Assembly: GCA_965222605.1 (NCBI GenBank)
Contig: OZ244960.1
Coordinates: 3,360,001-3,424,000, forward strand
Source: Candidatus Latescibacterota bacterium
GTDB taxonomy: Bacteria; Latescibacterota; UBA2968
Length of the DNA: 64,000 nucleotides
Direction of reading: 5' to 3'
The notes beneath the pieces are model-generated. The model was not told the origin of the DNA. It worked only from the letters and a program-made list of their open reading frames with translations, and did not search any database. Shown here one piece after another: positions 28,383-37,478 of the stretch (position 1 is its first letter; every line of letters begins with the position of its first letter). The position numbers and the translations under genes were made by a program.

Positions 28383-30623
28383 ATGTCGAATATGAAGGCG
28401 TTGGCAGAGAAGCAGGGAGAGCGCAATGATGCGCTGTTGAAGAATACGCATTTTCTCGGGGATGAGGTCGCGTCCGATGTGTTGGGGCTGCATATTGATA
28501 TTGCGGCGATTGAGGGACTTGGCGAGGCGGAAGATCGGGCGTTGACGGCGTTGCAAATTGAGAGCGCGCGCACGGCGATTCGGGCGCTGGCGTCGTTGGC
28601 CGAGATTGGAGAAATGGACCATCTGGGCGGGGGATTGGAATTGATCCCGGGGTTGTTGATGACGCTGTCTGTGGCGGATTACGATACGCGTACCTATACG
28701 ATTGAGCACGCGCATACGAGTGTCGGGTATTATTCGGCGTTGGCGGCGTTTGGTTTTGTGGAGGCAGAGGGCGTTGTCGAGAAGTTTCGGCGCGGGTTGG
28801 ATTTTCCCGGGCATGTGGCATGGTTGCCGGGGGGAACGCAGCTCAATGGTGGGCGTTTGGGGGTGATGATTCCGGTGGCTGTGGGGCTGGCATTGGGCAA
28901 AAGAGCATTGTGTGACGATGCGTGGGTGATTGCCCATTGTGGAGATGCGGGGTGGATTTCGGGTCAGGGTCTCAATGGTTTTAATGGTGCGAGTGTACAC
29001 GGTGCGCCGATTACTTATGTGATGCATCGCAATGGCATTCAGTTGTCGGATAGTACGGCAAATATTATGGATGTGGATCCGCGAAGTGTTATTTCTGCGA
29101 TGGGTGTGGAGGTGCTGGAGGTTGCGTCGCTTCACGATAATGTCGCGCTTTATCAGGCTTATCGAGAGGGGTATGGTCTCGCGCAGCAGGGCGTGCCGAG
29201 TTTGATTTATCCCACGGGGTTTGTGGGTGAAGATGTGACGCTGAAGACTTTTGGCGAGCGCTATGGGGTGACAGAGGCGGTGGAGGCGTTTGCCGCGCAA
29301 CACGATGTGCCGATGGATAAGCAGGTGTGGATTCCGGGGTCGCTGATGAGTTTTCGCGATACAGAGCCGATGCTGGAGTGTTTGTTTTTGGTGAATGATT
29401 TGCCGGGTGGCAAGAATCATCACGATGGGAGTATGCAGGGGCGCGTTGAGGCAGAGGTGCTCGGTGGGGCGATGTTTGAGACGACTGCTGTACAAGCCGA
29501 AGCGCTTGCAACGCTCCGGCAGAATGGATCGCGCACGGTTGTTACAAGGGCGAGACCAGCACCCGGAAGTGCGAATTTGGAGATTCCAGAGGGGAAAGCA
29601 GCGGCGGCTGATTTGCCGACTGAGAAGGCGAGTCCGCGCGATGGTGCAGCCGCGGCTTATGCACTGGTGGCCGAGGCGCATCCCGATCGCGTGTTTGTGG
29701 TGAGTTGCGATTTGGATCCTTCGACAAAATTAGCTGCTGCTCGGGCACATTTGTCAGATGATCACCAGTTTGAGATGAGTATTGAAGAGCAAGCAGCAAC
29801 GCTTATTGCCAATGGTCTGGCGATGAGTTCACACGAGCCGCAGCTCAATGTGGTATCGACTTTTGCCGCGTTTTTTGAGGGGATTGCGCGCGAGGGGTTT
29901 GATATGTGGCAGTATCAGCGCAATTTGAATGGGGTGAATGAGGGTATTAATGTGGTGTTTCATCTCTCTCATGTAGGGGCGTGTACGGGACGCGATCACT
30001 TTTCGGGTTGGGGGCTTGACTGGATTAATGTGGGGCTGACGTATTTGCCCTATTTGCACCGGTTTTACGCACCGGCAGATGCGCGTGTGGCGTTTTTGGC
30101 GGTGAAGGATATGGCGGCGCATTACGGTGGGCATATTATTGGGGTGCCACGCGATTCGGGTTTGCCTGTTTTGCAAAAGCAGGATGGGTCGGGGTCTCTG
30201 TGGAATCCGGGGGAGGAGTGGGAGCCGATTACGACCTATCGTCAATACGATGGGGCAAGGCATGCGATTTTGGCTTTTGGCGCGCCGGCTTTTTTGGGTG
30301 CGGAAGCAGCCGAGATTTTGCTCGCGCAAGGGAATCCGACAGATGTATATGTGGTCAATGGGTTGCCGCTGCCCGATGGGGCGCTGAATGATGTGCTGGC
30401 GAATTACGAGGGTGTGGTGACGATTGAAGATGGAAAGATTGGGACGATAGAGACGGGTTTGCGCGGGTTTGCGGGCCTGGTGGGTTCGTCGTGCAATATT
30501 GCCCACGCGCATGTGGGGATTACAGATCCGAGGATTGCGCCGTCGGAAGGCCTCGAAGCGACCTGGGCACATTTTGGGATTACGGCAGAGGCACTTGTTG
30601 AGGCGGTGGAGACGTTGTCATAG
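28383..30623 (+). CDS. Divergent transketolase-like TPP enzyme
   Basis: DHLGGGL, PGH, GDAG...N TPP motif, DLDPST, SIEEQ, STFAAF, GRDH. Confidence 0.75.
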   Translation: MSNMKALAEKQGERNDALLKNTHFLGDEVASDVLGLHIDIAAIEGLGEAEDRALTALQIESARTAIRALASLAEIGEMDHLGGGLELIPGLLMTLSVADYDTRTYTIEHAHTSVGYYSALAAFGFVEAEGVVEKFRRGLDFPGHVAWLPGGTQLNGGRLGVMIPVAVGLALGKRALCDDAWVIAHCGDAGWISGQGLNGFNGASVHGAPITYVMHRNGIQLSDSTANIMDVDPRSVISAMGVEVLEVASLHDNVALYQAYREGYGLAQQGVPSLIYPTGFVGEDVTLKTFGERYGVTEAVEAFAAQHDVPMDKQVWIPGSLMSFRDTEPMLECLFLVNDLPGGKNHHDGSMQGRVEAEVLGGAMFETTAVQAEALATLRQNGSRTVVTRARPAPGSANLEIPEGKAAAADLPTEKASPRDGAAAAYALVAEAHPDRVFVVSCDLDPSTKLAAARAHLSDDHQFEMSIEEQAATLIANGLAMSSHEPQLNVVSTFAAFFEGIAREGFDMWQYQRNLNGVNEGINVVFHLSHVGACTGRDHFSGWGLDWINVGLTYLPYLHRFYAPADARVAFLAVKDMAAHYGGHIIGVPRDSGLPVLQKQDGSGSLWNPGEEWEPITTYRQYDGARHAILAFGAPAFLGAEAAEILLAQGNPTDVYVVNGLPLPDGALNDVLANYEGVVTIEDGKIGTIETGLRGFAGLVGSSCNIAHAHVGITDPRIAPSEGLEATWAHFGITAEALVEAVETLS

Positions 30624-30627
30624 ATAT

Positions 30628-30664
30628 AGGAGGAACCGATGCGTAAACAGGTTCTGTTCATTCT
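30628..30664 (+). pseudogene. Orphan RBS plus first codons of an LRR-paralog gene
   Basis: ATGCGTAAACAGGTTCTGTTCATTCT matches the start of the CDS at 34014 at 25/26 nt. Confidence 0.65.
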
Positions 30665-30679
30665 GGGTATCAAAAATAC

Positions 30680-30761
30680 TGCTAATTATTTCGCATTCTA
30701 ACCTTGACAACGGGTTTTTAATTGGCTATTTTTTTGAAATTTATATGCTAATTATCTCGCA
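30680..30761 (+). promoter_or_regulatory. Promoter flanked by two operator-like direct repeats
   Basis: TTGACA(30704)-17-TATTTT; TGCTAATTAT(T/C)TCGCA at 30680 and 30746. Confidence 0.55.
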
Positions 30762-30812
30762 CAACATCATTACATAGAAATGAATATGCTCGCCTTTTCT
30801 GGAGGTATGCTC

Positions 30813-31499
30813 ATGTTTAAGTATGCCATGACATTGATGTTCCTGCTCCTATCTGCCTATGTACACGCCGCGCCAACCGCATCAGATTGCGATTTCAATA
30901 ACAGCGGCAAAGTGGATTTTGCCGATTTTATCGCATTTTCACAGGGATATGGAACAACCCAGACCCAGTTTGACTTGAACGGGGATGGCACAGTCAATTT
31001 TCGGGACTTTGTCATTTTTGCCCAATTCTACGGGCAGACAATCACAACCCCTCCGCCAACCACCGACGCTCCCGTTGGCATTCAAGTTGGGATGCAAGCC
31101 CCCAACTTTACGCTGAGAACCCTCACTGGCGAATCGTTCAACCTCTATGAACAGCGCGGCAAACCCGTGTTCCTCAACTTCTGGGGAACCTGGTGTCCTC
31201 CCTGTGTTGCCGAAATGCCCGCCATACAAAAGTTGCAAAATACCATGGGTGACTCTATCCAGATTGTCGGCATTGGCGTACGAGACACGCGTAGCCAGGA
31301 ACTGCGTTTTGTCACAAGATATGGCTATACCTGGACTTTTGTTCTCGACTCGACGGGAGAAGCGCGCAATGCGTATGAGGTCTCGTCCTATCCCACCTCG
31401 CTGTTCCTGGACGCCAAAGGTGTGATTGTCCGCGTATTGCGTAGTGGTCGGAATTACGAAACGTTCCTGGAAGCGGCGCGACAGGCGATTAATAATTAA
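30813..31499 (+). CDS. Secreted dockerin-like EF-hand pair fused to a TlpA/redoxin domain
   Basis: Signal peptide; DFNNSGKVDFADF and DLNGDGTVNFRDF; LNFWGTWCPPC. Confidence 0.85.
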   Translation: MFKYAMTLMFLLLSAYVHAAPTASDCDFNNSGKVDFADFIAFSQGYGTTQTQFDLNGDGTVNFRDFVIFAQFYGQTITTPPPTTDAPVGIQVGMQAPNFTLRTLTGESFNLYEQRGKPVFLNFWGTWCPPCVAEMPAIQKLQNTMGDSIQIVGIGVRDTRSQELRFVTRYGYTWTFVLDSTGEARNAYEVSSYPTSLFLDAKGVIVRVLRSGRNYETFLEAARQAINN

Positions 31500-31539
31500 A
31501 GGCAATCAGCTTTAAAATTTGTAACTCAGGGAGAATCCG

Positions 31540-34014
31540 ATGCGGAATATAGTTCTGTCAATTTTATCAATACTCGCGCTTTTGATGTATCCGCTGTCTC
31601 TTTCGGCGCAACATAGCTTTTCCCTCTCGCTGGATGTAAATGATACCGCGGGCGATCAAGCAGTTACCTCTCTCAATGTGTCCGCAGATCAGGTTATTGC
31701 CATTCAGATATTTGGCACGGGTATTCAGAATGCGAACGGTCTGGCTGCGCGCTTTGAATACGATGTCACTCAAGTTGTCTATGAGGGGTTTGAGGTAGGC
31801 GATGTCTTGCCCAATGCTCAGGCACTCCCGGAGCACAGTACAGGTTTTGTCGAAATTGGCATTGCATCTCTGGGTGGTCAAGCAACTGCCAATAGCGGTC
31901 TGGTGGGTACAGTTCGCTTTCGCGCAACAGCCGCATTTTCAGGCACGGCGATTCGGTTGGTGCGTGCAGACCTGAGTCGGAGTGGGCAATTTGAAAGCGC
32001 AACTATGGATGTGCGTGTTGAATTAAATTTACAAGACCTTGCCCCAGACTTTGATGGGGATGGTCAGGTTGGTTTTTCGGACTTTTTGGCGTTTGCGGGT
32101 CAGTTTGGGTCACGTCAGGGCGATGGGAGATATGAAGCGAAGTACGATCTGGACAGCGATGGTGCGATTGGCTTTGGCGATTTTCTGCTCTTTAGCAGTA
32201 GCTTTGGCAAAGAGGTATCTACGTCTAACGATGGTGGCGGTGGACCGGAAACGCAGGTTACCATTCCGGATGCAAACCTGCGCACAGCAATCGAGACCGC
32301 ACTGCGTAAGGCGGGGGGTGCGTCGATCAGTAGAGCAGAGATGGCGAGTTTGACACGCCTTGAGGCATCGGAATCGGATATTCGCGATTTAACCGGACTC
32401 GAATTTGCAACTGGTCTGACATCGCTGATCCTTGCCGATAATATCATCTCGGACATCACACCTCTATCAGGCTTAACCAACCTGACATCGCTGATTCTTT
32501 CCGATAATGTCATCTCGGACATCACGCCGTTGTCGGGCTTAACCAACCTGACATTGCTGATTCTTTCCGGCAATTTCTTCTCAGATATCTCGCCGTTGTC
32601 GGGCTTAACCAATCTGACATCGCTGAACCTTTCCCATAATATCATCTCGGACATCTCGCCATTGTCGGGCTTAACCAACCTATCAGTGCTGATTCTTTAC
32701 GACGACAGGATGATCAGGGACAGGTCAGTACTGTCGCGTCTGGCCAACCTATCAGAAGTAGATATCCCGGATGCCAACTTGCGTGCGGCGATTAAGATTG
32801 CTATGGGCAAGGTATCAGATGATCCGCTCACCGATTTTGAGATGGCATTCTTGTCAGAGCTTGAAGCTCCGAACTCGAACATCAGCGACTTGACCGGGCT
32901 TGAGTTGGCAATCAGTCTGACAAGTTTGGACCTCGGCACAGAGTTGGTGTCTGGTGAGGGTTATGTTAATAGTAACCATATTTCCGATTTCTCGTCCCTA
33001 TCAGGCTTGACCAACCTGACAAGGTTGGCTCTTGGCGGCAACTCAATCTCGGACCTTTCTGCACTATCTGGTGCTATATCAAGATTGACCAATCTGGAAC
33101 GGCTGTATCTTAACAACAACAGCATCTCGGATGTGTCCGTACTGTCCGGCTTGACCAGGCTGGACCGGCTGTATCTTTACAACAACAGCATCTCGAACAT
33201 CACACCTCTGTCGGGCTTGACCAATCTGGAATGGCTGTATCTTGACAACAACAGCATCTCCGACCTCTCGCCCCTGTCGGGCTTGATCAATCTGGCAAAT
33301 CTGTCTCTTTCCCTCAACAGCATCTCCGACCTCTCGCCCCTGTCGGGCTTGACCAATCTGGTACGGCTGTGGCTTCCCCGCAACAGCATCTCGGATGTGT
33401 CCGCCCTGTCGGGCTTGACCAGCCTGACATCGCTGATTCTTTACAACAACAGCATCTCGGATGTGTCCGCCCTGTTCGGCTTGACCAATCTAAGGTCGCT
33501 GTTGCTTCACAACAACAACATCTCGGACATCACACCTTTGTCCGTCTTGACCAATCTGATATCGCTGTTTCTTTCCAGCAACAGCATCTCGGACATCACA
33601 CCTTTGTCCGTCTTGACCAGCCTGAGATCGCTGACTCTTTACAACAACAGCATCTCGGATGTGTCCGCCCTGTCGGGCTTGACCAATCTGGAAGGGCTGA
33701 GTCTTTATAACAACAGCATCTCGGATGTGTCCGCCCTGTCGGGCTTGACCAATCTGGACCGGCTGTATCTTTACAACAACAGGATCTCGGATCTTTCGCC
33801 TCTGGTCGCAAATACGGGATTGGGCAATGGAGATGTGGTTGATGTACGGAATAATCCGTTGAGTGATACATCAATCAATACGCATATCCCAGCCCTTCAG
33901 AGCAGAAGAGTTGAGGTGCGCTTTGGCGCGTCCAAGCCCGTGGTGGAAAAGGAAGAGCAAGACATACTCGGTGAGATGATGGATTCGTTTGAGATTGAGG
34001 AAAGGAGAAACTGA
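31540..34014 (+). CDS. Secreted cohesin-like + dockerin-like + internalin-type LRR protein
   Basis: Signal peptide, beta-sandwich with FEYD motif, DFDGDGQVGFSDF pair, IPDANLR caps, 22-aa LRRs. Confidence 0.88.
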   Translation: MRNIVLSILSILALLMYPLSLSAQHSFSLSLDVNDTAGDQAVTSLNVSADQVIAIQIFGTGIQNANGLAARFEYDVTQVVYEGFEVGDVLPNAQALPEHSTGFVEIGIASLGGQATANSGLVGTVRFRATAAFSGTAIRLVRADLSRSGQFESATMDVRVELNLQDLAPDFDGDGQVGFSDFLAFAGQFGSRQGDGRYEAKYDLDSDGAIGFGDFLLFSSSFGKEVSTSNDGGGGPETQVTIPDANLRTAIETALRKAGGASISRAEMASLTRLEASESDIRDLTGLEFATGLTSLILADNIISDITPLSGLTNLTSLILSDNVISDITPLSGLTNLTLLILSGNFFSDISPLSGLTNLTSLNLSHNIISDISPLSGLTNLSVLILYDDRMIRDRSVLSRLANLSEVDIPDANLRAAIKIAMGKVSDDPLTDFEMAFLSELEAPNSNISDLTGLELAISLTSLDLGTELVSGEGYVNSNHISDFSSLSGLTNLTRLALGGNSISDLSALSGAISRLTNLERLYLNNNSISDVSVLSGLTRLDRLYLYNNSISNITPLSGLTNLEWLYLDNNSISDLSPLSGLINLANLSLSLNSISDLSPLSGLTNLVRLWLPRNSISDVSALSGLTSLTSLILYNNSISDVSALFGLTNLRSLLLHNNNISDITPLSVLTNLISLFLSSNSISDITPLSVLTSLRSLTLYNNSISDVSALSGLTNLEGLSLYNNSISDVSALSGLTNLDRLYLYNNRISDLSPLVANTGLGNGDVVDVRNNPLSDTSINTHIPALQSRRVEVRFGASKPVVEKEEQDILGEMMDSFEIEERRN
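32400..33800 (+). repeat. 66-bp coding tandem repeats (LRR units)
   Basis: Recurring ...AACAGCATCTCGGA...CTGTCGGGCTTGACCAATCTG... scaffold in two blocks. Confidence 0.9.
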
Positions 34015-35555
34015 TGCGTAAACAGATTCTGTTCATTCTATCAACACTTGCGCTTTTGATGTATCCGCTGTCTCTTTCGGGGCAGAATAGTACGGCGGGC
34101 GATCAAGAACTTACCCCGGACTTTGATGGGGATGGTCAGGTTGGCTTCCCTGATTTTTTGGCGTTTGCAGGTCAGTTTGGGTCACGTCAGGGTGATGGGC
34201 GTTATGATGCCAGATATGATCTGGACAGGGATGGCGAAATTGGATTTTCCGATTTTCTGATTTTTAGCAGCAGTTTTGGCAAAAGCGGCGACGAGGTGGC
34301 GCTTGTTGTCATTCCGGATGTAAATCTGCGTGCTATTATCGAGGGTCTTCTCGGCAAGGCGAGTGGTGCGCCGATCATGAGGAATGAGATGGCGCGCTTA
34401 ATGCGCCTTGAGGCACGGAATGCGAACATCGGGGATTTGACCGGGCTTGAGTTTGCCCCCCGTTTGACATTCCTGGATTTTGGTGATGAGAGAGTGGAAG
34501 GGCAATCTGTCAATAGCAACATCATCTCGGATCTTACGCCCCTATCGGGTTTGACCGACCTGATATATCTGTATCTTACCGACAACGACATATCGGATAT
34601 CACGCCCCTATCGGGTTTGACCAGTCTGGAGAGACTGGATCTTTCCAGCAATAGTATCTCGGACGTCACGCCCCTATCGGGCTTGACCGACCTGACGTAT
34701 CTGTATCTTACCGACAACGACATCACGGACCTCACCCCCCTATCGGGTTTGGACAATCTATGGTCGCTGCATCTTACCGACAACATCATCACGGATCTTA
34801 CGCCCCTATCGGGTTTGACCAACCTGAGAAATCTGTATCTTTTCTACAACATCATCACGGATCTTACGCCCCTATCGGGTTTGACCGACCTGACGTATCT
34901 GTATCTTACCGGCAACGGGCTCACGGACCTTACGCCCCTATCGGGTTTGACCAGTCTGCAAAAGCTGTATCTTTCCAGCAACAGCATCTCGGATATCACG
35001 GCCCTATCGGGTTTGACCAATCTAAGATGGCTGATTCTTTTCAGCAACAACATCTCGGATATATCTGCACTCTCAGGATTGACCAATCTGAGATTGCTGT
35101 CTCTTTCCGACAACATCATCTCGGACGTCACGCCCCTATCGGGTTTGACCAATCTGACAACATTGTCTCTTTCCGTCAACAGCATCACGGATCTCACGCC
35201 CTTATCGGACTTGACCAATCTGACAAATCTGTATCTTGATCGCAACAGTATATCGGACCTTACGCCCCTATCGAGCATGACCCGTTTGGAGAGGCTGATT
35301 CTTTTTGCCAACAGTATCTCGGACCTGTCGCCTTTGGTTGCAAACACGGGATTGGGTACTGGAGATTTTGTTGATGTGGAGAATAATCCGTTGAGTGCCA
35401 TATCATACAGAACGCATATCCCAGCCCTTCAGGATAGAGGAGTTATTGTGATTGTTGGCGCGTCCAAGCCCGCGGTGGCGGAGAAAGAACAAGACATACC
35501 CGATGGGATGATGGAATTTTTGGAGATGGAGGAAGAGAAGGGCGTGATCAGGTAA
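34014..35555 (+). CDS. Secreted dockerin-like + internalin-type LRR protein (paralog lacking cohesin)
   Basis: Same signal peptide, EF-hand pair and C-cap as the upstream gene; 22-aa LRRs. Confidence 0.88.
   Translation: MRKQILFILSTLALLMYPLSLSGQNSTAGDQELTPDFDGDGQVGFPDFLAFAGQFGSRQGDGRYDARYDLDRDGEIGFSDFLIFSSSFGKSGDEVALVVIPDVNLRAIIEGLLGKASGAPIMRNEMARLMRLEARNANIGDLTGLEFAPRLTFLDFGDERVEGQSVNSNIISDLTPLSGLTDLIYLYLTDNDISDITPLSGLTSLERLDLSSNSISDVTPLSGLTDLTYLYLTDNDITDLTPLSGLDNLWSLHLTDNIITDLTPLSGLTNLRNLYLFYNIITDLTPLSGLTDLTYLYLTGNGLTDLTPLSGLTSLQKLYLSSNSISDITALSGLTNLRWLILFSNNISDISALSGLTNLRLLSLSDNIISDVTPLSGLTNLTTLSLSVNSITDLTPLSDLTNLTNLYLDRNSISDLTPLSSMTRLERLILFANSISDLSPLVANTGLGTGDFVDVENNPLSAISYRTHIPALQDRGVIVIVGASKPAVAEKEQDIPDGMMEFLEMEEEKGVIR
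34515..35335 (+). repeat. 66-bp coding tandem repeats (LRR units)
   Basis: Recurring ACGCCCCTATCGGGTTTGACC scaffold, about 12-13 units. Confidence 0.9.
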
Positions 35556-35590
35556 ACCAGATGAGTGTCTGTCTTGATGAAGACGCTGTA

Positions 35591-35628
35591 ATAAAAAGAG
35601 CGAGTCAAAAAGGACTCGCTCTTTTTAT
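35591..35628. terminator. Bidirectional intrinsic terminator
   Basis: Perfect 16-bp IR ATAAAAAGAGCGAGTC/GACTCGCTCTTTTTAT between convergent genes. Confidence 0.85.
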
Positions 35629-35646
35629 GTCGATAAATCGACGCGA

Positions 35647-36396
35647 TTACCCAGCTAATGCGCGCATGGTTTCGACACATCGGGTCAGGGCGGGTACGGG
35701 GTTTTCGACGTCGGCTTCGTATTCGATGACGGCCATGCCATCAAAGCCGCCTTTTTCGAGGCCGGCGACAAAAGCGGGAAGGTCGAGCGTGCCTTCGCCG
35801 ACGACGGTGTCGTGCCATTGACCGTTGGGATCAAAGACGAAGTCTTTGTAGTGGATGCCGTAGATTTGCCCGGCGAAGTCTTCTGCCCATTTGACGGGGT
35901 TGCCCTGACGAGGGCCAATTTGTAAGGCCCAGGCTGTGTCGATGCACAGGCCTACTTCGGGCGCGCCAAGGCCGATGAGGTGTTTGAGTACGCCGGGTTG
36001 GCCGCCAAAGTGATATCCGCCGTGGCAGTGAATGCCCACGCGTATGCCGTATTCCCGACACCATGCGCGTACCTGTGTGATGGCTTTGGGATAGGATTCG
36101 AGCTGGAAATGGCAGGAGATATGTTTGGCGCCTGCAATGGCGGCGCATTCAAAGAAGGATTTTTCAGCGGGGCTGCCGGTGAAGGTTTGCACGCCGATGG
36201 AGATGACGGATACACCTGCGTCGTTGTAGGTTTTGACGATGTCTTTCCATGCGTCGGGGTTTTGGAAGTCGGCGTGGACCCCACAGACTTCGATTTTGTC
36301 GAGGCCAATGTCTTTTACTTTTTGGGCGACGTCGGCATTGTCTTTGAAGTAGCGAAAGCAAAAACTTTGGACTCCGTAATCCAGTGCTGCACTCAT
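35647..36396 (-). CDS. Sugar phosphate isomerase/epimerase (TIM barrel)
   Basis: GIHCHG, CIDTAW, IHYKD, IEYE. Confidence 0.85.
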   Translation of the reverse strand: MSAALDYGVQSFCFRYFKDNADVAQKVKDIGLDKIEVCGVHADFQNPDAWKDIVKTYNDAGVSVISIGVQTFTGSPAEKSFFECAAIAGAKHISCHFQLESYPKAITQVRAWCREYGIRVGIHCHGGYHFGGQPGVLKHLIGLGAPEVGLCIDTAWALQIGPRQGNPVKWAEDFAGQIYGIHYKDFVFDPNGQWHDTVVGEGTLDLPAFVAGLEKGGFDGMAVIEYEADVENPVPALTRCVETMRALAG

Positions 36397-36477
36397 GCAA
36401 AACTCCTTTGTTGAGTGGTTATTCCTAATTGAGAAACGAATTAACCCTACGAACTAATCAGCCCCATCAATAGAGCC

Positions 36478-36509
36478 GTCATTGCGGCATGATGTTAGCC
36501 GCGATCCAG
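36478..36509. repeat. GTCATTGCGGC palindromic repeat copy
   Basis: GTCATTGCGGCATGATGTTAGCCGCGATCCAG; upstream flank resembles 1058-1114. Confidence 0.7.
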
Positions 36510-36549
36510 TGGTTTTGCGTTTTTATCCGTAGTTGCTTTTGTCCATCAA

Positions 36550-37464
36550 TTAACCTGATCTTTCCAATTTTTTGAATACGTCGGCGAAGATGGCGTTGCG
36601 GTTGAGTTGCGTGGCAACGCGCATGAAATGCCGACCGGGGTCATAGCTCCATGTGAGTTGATCGGTGAGTATGGGGCTGTGTACCAGTTGGGTTATGACC
36701 CAGTTTGGGTTGACGAGATAAGCTGTTGCGGAGAGATCCCAGATTTCTTTTGCCCAGGCGTAGTGGTCTTTGTGATAGCCGCGGACGGTTTCGGTGAGGA
36801 AATCGCCTATGGCACTTTTGCCCGCCACATGGGTTTCGAGTTCGGACAATGTGGTGAGAAGGTGAGAGGCGACGTTGCGGCAGGGGATCTGGACGAGAGG
36901 TACGCCGCTGTCGAAGATGGTGCGCGCGGCGAGGATGTCCTGTCGCAGATTAAATTCGATGGTGTTGGCCCAACTATGTTCGTGTCCGCCGAGCCAGACG
37001 ACGATAATGCGTTTGATGATTTCGGGTTCGAGGAGGATGGCAGATGCCACGTTGGTAATAGCGCCGATGGCAGCGACATAGAGCGGTTCATGAGATGCCA
37101 TGGCTTTGTCGAGGAGGTCGCGCACGGCGTCGTTGTCTTGGGGTGTGTCTGGTCCTGTGAGATAGTTTGTGGAGCCGCGAAATACGAGGTTGTTGTTGGG
37201 GATGTTGAGGCGGTTGAGGAGGCGGATGATTTCTTCATAGCTTCGTTCCATGCCATCGCCCGGTCCGCTGGAGCGTTGGTTGTGAAAGGGCGCGGCATAG
37301 ATGGCTTCAACCGAGATTTTCTCGGGCGATAAGAGCGCGTGTGCCACGGCGAATTGATCATCGACTTCGTTATATGTGTCCGTGTCGAGCACCACGCGCA
37401 CTTTGCCTGATGGCGGTGCTAATCTGTCGAGGCGCTGAGCGTGTGTGAGAGTGGGGAAGTTCAT
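36550..37464 (-). CDS. Inosine/uridine-preferring nucleoside hydrolase
   Basis: LDTDTYNEVDD, IGAITN, EFN, IWD. Confidence 0.9.
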   Translation of the reverse strand: MNFPTLTHAQRLDRLAPPSGKVRVVLDTDTYNEVDDQFAVAHALLSPEKISVEAIYAAPFHNQRSSGPGDGMERSYEEIIRLLNRLNIPNNNLVFRGSTNYLTGPDTPQDNDAVRDLLDKAMASHEPLYVAAIGAITNVASAILLEPEIIKRIIVVWLGGHEHSWANTIEFNLRQDILAARTIFDSGVPLVQIPCRNVASHLLTTLSELETHVAGKSAIGDFLTETVRGYHKDHYAWAKEIWDLSATAYLVNPNWVITQLVHSPILTDQLTWSYDPGRHFMRVATQLNRNAIFADVFKKLERSG

Positions 37465-37478
37465 AGGTATCTGTGTTT

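Noticed and set aside
28179-29681. N-terminal 500 aa of the 758-aa minus-strand ORF
   Set aside because: Antisense shadow of the transketolase-like gene; the real epimerase starts at 28178 with its own RBS.
32400-35335. Regular repeats as a possible CRISPR array or DGR target
   Set aside because: The 66-bp period is in frame and encodes LRRs; there are no unique spacers, cas genes, reverse transcriptase or adenine-only template/variable pair.
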